Source: a virus (Duplodnaviria > Caudoviricetes). Taken from it: a stretch of 53,588 nucleotides of DNA. Below, in pieces: positions 9,871 to 16,869 of this stretch. The notes under the pieces were generated by a model. The model was not told where the DNA came from. It was given only the letters and a program-made list of their open reading frames with translations, and searched no databases. How positions within the stretch are numbered: position 1 is the stretch's first letter; every line of letters begins with the position of its first letter. The position numbers were made by a program, and so were the translations under genes. The stretch lies in the IMG/VR virus record IMGVR_UViG_3300025120_000071, positions 1-53,588 of that record. One strand, given 5' to 3'.

Positions 9871-10260
9871 ATGATTTTTGTAGAGGGTGGTACAAGAAAA
9901 CAGAGGCAATTAACATATGATTTAGTACAATTTGCTTGGAAAACTTTAATGCCAAGAATTCGTAAGTGTGAAGTCAATGTTAAGATTAAAAAAGTTGTAG
10001 CATATGAAGGTACATGCCTTGATATTGATAAAAGAGTTTATGAAATAGAAGTTGATAAAAAATTAAGAGGTGATGACTTTATAACTACTATATTTCATGA
10101 AATGGTTCATGTCAAACAATATGTTCGTAAAGAATTATTTTCTGAAGTTAATTTTTATTCTAATAGAGAAGAGTATCTAAAACTTCCATGGGAAATAGAA
10201 GCATATAAACTGCAAGAGGTATTACTTGAAAAATGGAACAAACACAAGAAGACATCCTAA
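9871..10260 (+). CDS. Putative HExxH zinc metallopeptidase
   Basis: FHEMVHVKQY...PWEIEAY; start moved to ATG 9871 after a GAGG RBS because the track start at 9835 lies in the promoter. Confidence 0.75.
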   Translation: MIFVEGGTRKQRQLTYDLVQFAWKTLMPRIRKCEVNVKIKKVVAYEGTCLDIDKRVYEIEVDKKLRGDDFITTIFHEMVHVKQYVRKELFSEVNFYSNREEYLKLPWEIEAYKLQEVLLEKWNKHKKTS

Positions 10261-10388
10261 GAAATAATGTAAAAGAATTGCAAAGGCAATTACAAGAATC
10301 TTATAAGCGTATTAAAGAATTGCGAGAAGAGCTGGATAATACTAAATCTCGTGGAAATACTCATACAGACTATGGAACTGCAGGATAA
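10233..10388 (+). CDS. Small coiled-coil protein, 51 aa (not in the ORF track)
   Basis: MEQTQEDILRNNVKELQRQLQESYKRIKELREELD...; fills the gap before the next promoter. Confidence 0.6.
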   Translation: MEQTQEDILRNNVKELQRQLQESYKRIKELREELDNTKSRGNTHTDYGTAG

Positions 10389-10417
10389 AAAAAATTAAAT
10401 AAAATGCATTTTAGGGG

Positions 10418-10454
10418 TTTACATTTAGTTAAAACTATGGTATAATAGATCTAT
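10418..10454 (+). promoter_or_regulatory. Early promoter
   Basis: (G)TTTACA (10418-10423), 17 nt, TATAAT (10441-10446), palindrome; A-tract upstream. Confidence 0.85.
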
Positions 10455-10478
10455 AAAATGAAAAGAGGAGTTCATATT

Positions 10479-10787
10479 ATGTTTACAAATTCACAAATGC
10501 TACTGCAGTCCTACATCGAAGCTAAAAATGCTGAAGGTAAGAAGTGGATGGATGAAAATCCTGGTTCTTACTACGGTATGACCGTGACTGACCCAGCACA
10601 TTGGGCAGAGCAAGGTATTACTACTGTCGAGCAGTATGAATACCAAATGGAGTACTATGGTCTGTTTGACTATATTGCTGGCTTAACATCAAAAGGCAAT
10701 GCTCGGTATTTGCTAAGCCTTTGTACCACTATGGACGATTTGGATGTGGCATATGCCGAGTTCAATTGTAATCGTGAGGTTGCATAA
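10479..10787 (+). CDS. Hypothetical early protein
   Basis: AGAGGAG RBS points to ATG 10479. Confidence 0.7.
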   Translation: MFTNSQMLLQSYIEAKNAEGKKWMDENPGSYYGMTVTDPAHWAEQGITTVEQYEYQMEYYGLFDYIAGLTSKGNARYLLSLCTTMDDLDVAYAEFNCNREVA

Positions 10788-11035
10788 TGTTAGACACTAC
10801 TAAAATCTATGATACTGAAGGTGTCTTTTCTTATTTTACAACACATCCATTCGATGAGTACAATGGTGATGGTGTAAGTCTTACAGATAAGTTTGCAGAA
10901 CTTAGAGAGGAATATGAAAAGTCTGGCAAAAAACTTATCAATCTAAAAACATATAATAATAGTGGATTTAACCATGTTACTCAAGAACAAGATAAAGAAC
11001 CAGAGTTCGGTATCGAAGTTGAGTGGATATGGTAA
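10787..11035 (+). CDS. Hypothetical early protein
   Basis: GAGG RBS, coupled. Confidence 0.65.
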   Translation: MLDTTKIYDTEGVFSYFTTHPFDEYNGDGVSLTDKFAELREEYEKSGKKLINLKTYNNSGFNHVTQEQDKEPEFGIEVEWIW

Positions 11036-11040
11036 AAAGT

Positions 11041-11093
11041 TTAGTAAGTATGCTCCTGTCTCGCTCCTCTCTCAGTTGATGCATACTTACTAA
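11041..11093 (+). ncRNA. Hairpin with anti-Shine-Dalgarno loop (candidate sRNA)
   Basis: Perfect 13-bp stem TTAGTAAGTATGC/GCATACTTACTAA; 27-nt pyrimidine-rich loop containing CTCCTCTCTC. Confidence 0.55.
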
Positions 11094-11099
11094 TCCAAT

Positions 11100-11301
11100 A
11101 GTCGAGCGGTATAACGCGGTTAAGCCTGTAAACGACTTTAAAATAAAGACGCAGGTGGGAAATATAGAGTGCCCTCATAAGAAAGACTCACCGTCACAAC
11201 AGTGTGACAACAACAAAGGAGAACGGACTGCGGTCCAGCAACTAGCGTTTATTTGTTAGCTCTGCGAAATTTGGAAAGAAACACCGCAGAAGGTTTCTTT
11301 C
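11100..11301 (+). ncRNA. Candidate structured RNA(s); strand assumed
   Basis: Intergenic, with nested stems: 11141-52/11245-54, 11154-59/11187-92, 11193-98/11203-08, 11225-28/11233-36, 11274-82/11293-301. Confidence 0.45.
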
Positions 11302-11307
11302 TATTAA

Positions 11308-11315
11308 TATAAATA
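11308..11315 (+). promoter_or_regulatory. T4-type late promoter
   Basis: TATAAATA followed by AGAGGAG and ATG. Confidence 0.8.
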
Positions 11316-11330
11316 GTAAGAGGAGATGTA

Positions 11331-11471
11331 ATGAAGTGGTATGATTTTTTACTGATTGGAGTGTTTGCATACATTCTAAGTCAAGGTTTACTATATAGCT
11401 TAGCTTGGGCTGTAGTTGCATGGGTTACCTTTAACGTTTATTTGAATCAAAGGAGACTTGGTAATGTCTGA
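11331..11471 (+). CDS. Small membrane protein, 46 aa (not in the ORF track)
   Basis: MKWYDFLLIGVFAYILSQGLLYSLAWAVVAWVTFNVYLNQRRLGNV; strong RBS. Confidence 0.7.
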   Translation: MKWYDFLLIGVFAYILSQGLLYSLAWAVVAWVTFNVYLNQRRLGNV

Positions 11472-11727
11472 TGACTTTTTCGATTTTGGTTTTACTGCGG
11501 TAGATGAAACCGAATTGCAGGCTGTACAAGATGCACAAAAAGCTGCAGGTGATGTAGCCACTACTGCTAATGTTACTCAGGAAAAATTGGATAAACTATA
11601 TAATGCTATCATACCTCTACTTAATAATCTCAAAAAGAACCCAGAAAAAGAATATATTCTGTGGCCTCAAAGGATTGAAAAGGTCGAGTCTTTCGAATCT
11701 CACCTCCTTAAAATTTACAAATCATAA
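11464..11727 (+). CDS. Hypothetical protein of a type common in T4-like phages
   Basis: AGGAG RBS; FDFGFTAVDE...PLLNNLKKNPEKEYILWP.R. Confidence 0.7.
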   Translation: MSDDFFDFGFTAVDETELQAVQDAQKAAGDVATTANVTQEKLDKLYNAIIPLLNNLKKNPEKEYILWPQRIEKVESFESHLLKIYKS

Positions 11728-11778
11728 AAAAAAATCACAACGTATTGATTTCATTAGGAACTTTACGTCACTTTTTCC

Positions 11779-11815
11779 TGTACATTTTCGTAAAAATAGT
11801 GTATAATAGATCTAT
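11779..11815 (+). promoter_or_regulatory. Early promoter
   Basis: TGTACA (11779-11784), 17 nt, TATAAT (11802-11807), palindrome. Confidence 0.8.
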
Positions 11816-11843
11816 AAAATGGAAAAGGAAGAGGAGTCCTTAA

Positions 11844-12125
11844 ATGTATACTTACTTGAAAAATGTTACTAAGATTGAATCAGATCTCATGAAAGAAATT
11901 ATTGCTTGGGAAGGTGAAGATAAAGAAATGGCTAACTTCGTTGCCCAGGATCGCTTGGATGTACAAGAAGCTAAAAACCGTTTCTTTAAAGGTCATATGG
12001 GTTCTCTTAGTTCTTTCATCGATCGCTTAGATACATGTGTTCGTGAAAGACTAGTAGTTGCTTTTGCTGAAGATCTTGGTTCAGATTGGGTTGAAACAAA
12101 TCTTGGTTATAGGGTGAATGTATAA
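11844..12125 (+). CDS. Hypothetical early protein
   Basis: AGAGGAG RBS. Confidence 0.7.
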   Translation: MYTYLKNVTKIESDLMKEIIAWEGEDKEMANFVAQDRLDVQEAKNRFFKGHMGSLSSFIDRLDTCVRERLVVAFAEDLGSDWVETNLGYRVNV

Positions 12126-12331
12126 TGGGTATGTCAAGTTACGTAATGGATATTGAAGAAAAGTTTGTTGATTTAATGGCTGATATTGCTATTGATTCAG
12201 AATCATTTCAAGAGTATTCAAAAAGAACAATTCGGCATCATAAGATGGTACCGCATTTAAATAGTGAAGAAATCTCTCATATCATTGATAATGTTTGGTA
12301 TGAAATGACTGTACAATTAGGAGCAAATTAA
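12125..12331 (+). CDS. Hypothetical early protein
   Basis: Coupled ORF. Confidence 0.65.
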   Translation: MGMSSYVMDIEEKFVDLMADIAIDSESFQEYSKRTIRHHKMVPHLNSEEISHIIDNVWYEMTVQLGAN

Positions 12332-12332
12332 T

Positions 12333-12638
12333 ATGGGTATTGTTATTACTAAAGACTCAACTTATGAAGAACGTATGTCTGCTATCCGTGAATCTGCAGA
12401 AAGATTTACTAAGGTCAAAGCACGGCGTGCAAGACTAGCTGCTAGTGCTGCTCGTGTTCGTAAATATGTTGATGAGGTTGAAACCCCACGTCGTAAAGAC
12501 GAGGCTGATGTGTTCGATGCAACTATGGCTAAGATGGATGACAACCACAACCATTATCAAGATGCACCTCAATATGCGGAGAAATACTATGGCGACAAAA
12601 TGCGCGATACTGTTGCTATGGATAACGATTGGAATTAG
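12333..12638 (+). CDS. Hypothetical early protein
   Basis: AGGAG RBS. Confidence 0.65.
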   Translation: MGIVITKDSTYEERMSAIRESAERFTKVKARRARLAASAARVRKYVDEVETPRRKDEADVFDATMAKMDDNHNHYQDAPQYAEKYYGDKMRDTVAMDNDWN

Positions 12639-12876
12639 TGGCTGCAATCCTGCAGTAGCACAAGATTGTTTCTATGAGCAACAAGTTCAATATAAGAACG
12701 GTGAAACCATCACCGCATTCCAAAGGTACGATTGTACTAATTCTCCACCACCAAAAATTATCGTGGTTGAGAAAGAAGCAGAGCCAAAAACTTTAGGTGA
12801 TTGGCTATTCAGACTTGAAGAAAATGATTCTTTAAGTCATGTTCTAGAAGTTCTAGTCAGTGGAGGAGTTCTATGA
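12589..12876 (+). CDS. Putative secreted protein or lipoprotein
   Basis: GGAG RBS before ATG 12589; hydrophobic leader with ISGC lipobox-like and AVA motifs. Confidence 0.55.
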   Translation: MATKCAILLLWITIGISGCNPAVAQDCFYEQQVQYKNGETITAFQRYDCTNSPPPKIIVVEKEAEPKTLGDWLFRLEENDSLSHVLEVLVSGGVL

Positions 12877-12998
12877 TTAGATTTATGTTAGGTGTTATTA
12901 CTGGAGTGGCACTCATTATATTATATCCAGATATTCTAACTTGGTTTGTCGATAGTGGCAGCCGTGATGCAATCATTGAAAGTTTGAAGGAGCTATAA
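12873..12998 (+). CDS. Small single-TM protein, 41 aa (not in the ORF track)
   Basis: GGAGG RBS; MIRFMLGVITGVALIILYPDIL... Confidence 0.65.
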   Translation: MIRFMLGVITGVALIILYPDILTWFVDSGSRDAIIESLKEL

Positions 12999-12999
12999 G

Positions 13000-13659
13000 A
13001 TGAAAAAGATTATGTTACTACCTATTGTTGCAATGGCCGCAGCATGCGATAAGACACCGCCTGATGTGTCTATGTCTAAAGAATTGTTTGAGTACAAGAA
13101 AGCTCAAGTTGAGAATCAGATTGATGAGATGCCAAAGTGGTATACTGCTATTCCATCCGAAGAAAATGCAGTTTATGCAGTCGGTACTGCGGTAACTCCA
13201 GATCTGCAACTTGCAGTTGATATTGCTGTATTGTCAGCTAAGACAACTTTAGCTGATCGAGTTGATAGCCGTATTCGTTCTCAGATGAAACTATTCAAGA
13301 CTAAAGTTGGTGCAACTGATTTTGATGCCACCGTTCAAAACAACTTTGAACAAGTAACTCGTAACTTAATTGCTGATGCAGATGTTGCCGGTTACTCTGT
13401 TAAAGAACAACAGATCGTTCAGAACGGTACTCAGTATCGTGCTTATGTTTTACTTGAGTATAGGAATGCTACAGCTAATGCTGTTATTAAAACTCGTATT
13501 AGTCAGAATGCGGTTCTAATTGAAAAGCTTCGTGAAACAAAAGCATTTAAAGAACTCGATACTAATGTAGCTGCACAAAAAGCTGATGAACTTGCTGAAG
13601 CAAAAGTGCTTGTAGACGCAATTAACGGTGTACAATCGGATGAAACTGTGGTAGAATAG
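13000..13659 (+). CDS. LPP20-like lipoprotein
   Basis: MKK + hydrophobic stretch + AAAC lipobox; PKWY...YAVGTA...A...A...LA; YRAYVLL. Confidence 0.7.
   Translation: MKKIMLLPIVAMAAACDKTPPDVSMSKELFEYKKAQVENQIDEMPKWYTAIPSEENAVYAVGTAVTPDLQLAVDIAVLSAKTTLADRVDSRIRSQMKLFKTKVGATDFDATVQNNFEQVTRNLIADADVAGYSVKEQQIVQNGTQYRAYVLLEYRNATANAVIKTRISQNAVLIEKLRETKAFKELDTNVAAQKADELAEAKVLVDAINGVQSDETVVE
13629..13657 (+). promoter_or_regulatory. Early promoter inside the end of the lipoprotein CDS
   Basis: TGTACA (13629-13634), 17 nt, TAGAAT (13652-13657) with extended TG. Confidence 0.65.
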
Positions 13660-13663
13660 AATA

Positions 13664-13849
13664 ATGGAAAATCTTTCTAGTGATCGAATGATGGCAGTAC
13701 GTGTATTCGAAGGTGAGCTACAGCGTATGAAAATGATTACTGGCGGTGATTACGATACAACTCAAAAAATCGTACGCCAGTATATGCAAGAACGCATCAA
13801 TGATATGACTAGAAAAGGCCATTATAAATCAACAGATGTGGAGTATTGA
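13664..13849 (+). CDS. Hypothetical protein, possibly leaderless
   Basis: ATG 7 nt after the -10 box; no SD. Confidence 0.6.
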   Translation: MENLSSDRMMAVRVFEGELQRMKMITGGDYDTTQKIVRQYMQERINDMTRKGHYKSTDVEY

Positions 13850-14205
13850 TAATTATGACAATGCACTTGGTTCGTGGTATGACTACCATTAGTACTCGTA
13901 AGCGTAAGGCTCGGCAAAAGACTGCTGCAGTCCTTGAAGAAGAACGTAAGACAGCGCAGCTCCTCAAGTCTTTAGGCTATGATCGCAACGCTGGCCGTAA
14001 GTACAAGGCACCAATGCCTAACTATACGGTGCGTAGTACTATTCCAACGAGCGATGTTATAATGCCAGTGTCCGGCAAGCGGCATGAAAACCGTTATACC
14101 GGCGATGAGCTTGCCGGCATTGGCACCCTCCATAAATCCAACATGGTTCCTATTCGTAAGGATAGTAATGATGCACATGAAATCGCCAGAATGCGTAGGG
14201 GATAA
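13846..14205 (+). CDS. Basic hypothetical protein (likely start 13855)
   Basis: GGAG RBS; YTG..L.GI.TLHKSNMVP motif, recalled from T4-like phages. Confidence 0.7.
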   Translation: MIIMTMHLVRGMTTISTRKRKARQKTAAVLEEERKTAQLLKSLGYDRNAGRKYKAPMPNYTVRSTIPTSDVIMPVSGKRHENRYTGDELAGIGTLHKSNMVPIRKDSNDAHEIARMRRG

Positions 14206-14280
14206 ACTATACATCATTTGTTTATGAATGCACACCAGAAGGTGCCACTAAAAAAAGTTACAGCAATATGCATTTTTTCC

Positions 14281-14309
14281 TTTACTTTTACGTCAAAGTG
14301 TGGTAGAAT
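14281..14309 (+). promoter_or_regulatory. Early promoter
   Basis: TTTACT, 17 nt, TAGAAT with extended TG; leader shared with the promoter at 491. Confidence 0.7.
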
Positions 14310-14339
14310 AGTAGTATAATAAAGAAAGAGGAGTATATT

Positions 14340-14528
14340 ATGGAAAAAACATATGCATACAAGTACGGTGAGTTACTAATACTTGCACAAACACTAGCTC
14401 ATACAGTTAAAGAAGATATTCGGCTGGATGCAAATGGGCCATATGCTTTTGCCCATAAACTTGTATTAGCTCAAGCTAATGCAGTTCAAGATCTTATTGC
14501 TGAACATGAAGAAAGAGGTAAAGAATAA
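14340..14528 (+). CDS. Hypothetical early protein
   Basis: AGAGGAG RBS. Confidence 0.65.
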   Translation: MEKTYAYKYGELLILAQTLAHTVKEDIRLDANGPYAFAHKLVLAQANAVQDLIAEHEERGKE

Positions 14529-15646
14529 TGGCAAAACGTAAACAGAAACTTAGAGCTAAAGCTAAAACCGGTTTATCGGCAGTTCCTATTGATAAAGGAT
14601 TTAGTGTTGCTATAGATTACTTTCATATGAATGTTGATCGTAAAGATCTTATTAATACTATGAAGTCATATGTAAAAAAGAATATGGATAAAGAACAAGC
14701 ACGATATGTTCTATCATGTCCAGATTATAAGTTCTATGCGTTTACTCATAAATGTGCTACTGCATTTTGGATTGATGCTGGTTTACCTTCAGATGATAAA
14801 GTAAAACAATATGCTGAAGGTCTATATCAACATTTAACTGAATGCACTGAAATGGGTAAGAAGCTATACTTTGAAAAACAAGCTAAGCTAAAAGACTCAG
14901 ATAAAATTATATCTCTTTCTCCGATGCAAAGATTACAGAACAAAATAGGTAATACCATCATGCAAGATCTCCTTGATCTAGAAGATCAATGGATGGATGG
15001 AGAGAAAGCTGAACTAGATATCTACCAAGAATTTAAACGACACGGTTTGCCTAACAGCGCTACTAATGCTGTAAGGCCGGTGATTGAGGGATGGTTACTT
15101 GATTATGGTGATGCATACCATAAGCGTTGTCCTGATGCTGTTGAAGGTTATGCACATGTGAAAAGACCTGAACTCAATCGCCGCATTAAATGTTGTGAAG
15201 CTATGCTAGCTGATCTAGATAAACTTAAAGCTGCAGCCAAAGCTACTCGAGCTACAAAGGTGAAAGGTCCTAAAGCTGCGGATAAACAAATCACTCGAGT
15301 TCAATATAAGAAAGAAGATAATGAGTTCAAGCTAGTGTCTATACCACCTATTAAAATAGTCGGTCAAACTCGCTTATTCACATTTAATACTAAGACTCGT
15401 ATCCTTTCTGAGTATATTACTCAAGCTGCAAATGGATTTGAAATCTCAGGTACATCACTTAAGAATTTTGATAAAGTTAATAGTAGATGTACTAAGCTTA
15501 GAAAGCCTGATGAATTCATTGCTATTATTCAGAATAAGAGTGTAACTCAAATCGATAAGGAGTTTAAACAACTTACTACTAAAGTCAATGTACCGAATGG
15601 TAGATTGAATATGGATACAATATTACTAAGGGCATTAGACAAATGA
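14528..15646 (+). CDS. Basic hypothetical protein, 372 aa
   Basis: Long coupled ORF; EGY, FNTK.R, LRKP, NGRLN motifs recalled from T4-like phages; function unknown. Confidence 0.7.
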   Translation: MAKRKQKLRAKAKTGLSAVPIDKGFSVAIDYFHMNVDRKDLINTMKSYVKKNMDKEQARYVLSCPDYKFYAFTHKCATAFWIDAGLPSDDKVKQYAEGLYQHLTECTEMGKKLYFEKQAKLKDSDKIISLSPMQRLQNKIGNTIMQDLLDLEDQWMDGEKAELDIYQEFKRHGLPNSATNAVRPVIEGWLLDYGDAYHKRCPDAVEGYAHVKRPELNRRIKCCEAMLADLDKLKAAAKATRATKVKGPKAADKQITRVQYKKEDNEFKLVSIPPIKIVGQTRLFTFNTKTRILSEYITQAANGFEISGTSLKNFDKVNSRCTKLRKPDEFIAIIQNKSVTQIDKEFKQLTTKVNVPNGRLNMDTILLRALDK

Positions 15647-15885
15647 CAGTAGAAGAACAATTTCTCAATAAAGCTAAATTTTCAAAGATGGTAGAAAAAG
15701 CAGTAGGTGATTTAAAGATTACCTACATGGATGCTATTCTATACATCTGTGAAAAGAACGATATTGAGCCAGAGGATGTAAAGAAATTTGTATCCCCTAT
15801 CATAAAAGGAAAGCTTGAAGCTGAGGCTATGAATCTTAACTTCATTCCAAAAACTAATTCAATTGATTCAGCATTGTTTGAATAA
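15643..15885 (+). CDS. 33: Late transcription coactivator gp33
   Basis: FS..VE.......TYMDAI...CE...IE......SP.IK.KLEAEA..LN; adjacent to gp32. Confidence 0.85.
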   Translation: MTVEEQFLNKAKFSKMVEKAVGDLKITYMDAILYICEKNDIEPEDVKKFVSPIIKGKLEAEAMNLNFIPKTNSIDSALFE

Positions 15886-15891
15886 GTTGAA

Positions 15892-15930
15892 TATAAATAG
15901 TTGTACATTACAGTCATACTGTGTTATAAT
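15892..15930 (+). promoter_or_regulatory. Tandem late and early promoters for gp32
   Basis: TATAAATA 15892-15899; TGTACA (15902-15907), 17 nt, TATAAT (15925-15930). Confidence 0.75.
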
Positions 15931-15963
15931 AAATCATACATTGCAATATAAAAAGGAAATACA

Positions 15964-16869
15964 ATGTCATTCGAAAATCTAAAACGCAACCGCGATCAAA
16001 TCTCCAAATTAGTTCAAGCAGCAGAAGCCGTCGGTGGCGGTGAAAAAAAGTCATACGCTGATGAACGTGAATGGAAACCAACAGTAGATAAAGCAGGAAA
16101 TGGATATGCCGTACTCAGATTCTTGCCAGCCGCAGAAGGTTCAGACTTACCGTGGGTTCGATATTGGGACCATGGATTCAAAGGACCAACCGGTCAATGG
16201 TATATCGAAAACAGCCTTACATCTATTGGTCAACCTGATCCTGTTGGCGAACTCAACTCACGGCTCTGGAATTCCGGCCATGAAGAAGATAAAGATACTG
16301 CCCGGAAACAAAAGCGTCGACTACACTATGTAGTTAATGCATTGGTTGTAGAAGATCCTTCTGCTCCACATAATGTTGGCCGTGTAGTACTCTATAAGTT
16401 TGGTAAGAAAATCTTTGATAAAGTTATGGATGTTATGCAACCATCATTTGCTGATGAGAAAGCTGTTAATCCATTTGACTTTTGGGATGGTGCAGACTTT
16501 AAACTTAAGATTCGGCAGGTTGAAGGTTATCGTAACTACGATAAATCTGAATTTGCTTCACCTGTAGCATTGTTCGGTGGTGATGATACAAAGCTAGAAG
16601 AGGTATATGGTAAACAACATAACCTTAATGAGTTCACTGATCCTTCGAACTATAAGACTTATGATGAACTCAAAGCTAAACTTGCACGGGTTCTTGGTGA
16701 ATCACCTCAAGCTATGGGTGCACCTACCATGCAACAGGAATCTCAAATGAATGTTCCTGCTCCGGCACCTGAGTATAAAGTATCAGAGCCAATCACTGCA
16801 GAAGAAATGAATGTTACTAGTGATGATGATACGATGTCTTACTTTGCTAAGTTAGCTCAAGAAGATTAA
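15964..16869 (+). CDS. 32: Single-stranded DNA-binding protein gp32
   Basis: DKAGNGYAVLRFLP, WYIENSLT, KFGKKIFDK, GADFKLK, NYDKSEF, acidic tail. Confidence 0.95.
   Translation: MSFENLKRNRDQISKLVQAAEAVGGGEKKSYADEREWKPTVDKAGNGYAVLRFLPAAEGSDLPWVRYWDHGFKGPTGQWYIENSLTSIGQPDPVGELNSRLWNSGHEEDKDTARKQKRRLHYVVNALVVEDPSAPHNVGRVVLYKFGKKIFDKVMDVMQPSFADEKAVNPFDFWDGADFKLKIRQVEGYRNYDKSEFASPVALFGGDDTKLEEVYGKQHNLNEFTDPSNYKTYDELKAKLARVLGESPQAMGAPTMQQESQMNVPAPAPEYKVSEPITAEEMNVTSDDDTMSYFAKLAQED

Noticed and set aside
11100-11137. GGT-TAAGCC resembles part of a twister ribozyme
   Set aside because: Pseudoknot partners and the cleavage-site context could not be identified
11036-11330. tRNA or tmRNA in the intergenic gap
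   Set aside because: No GTTCRA T-loop, cloverleaf or CCA end found
14206-14260. Possible terminator GCAC-N8-GTGC
   Set aside because: Stem is only 4 bp with no U-tract on the plus strand
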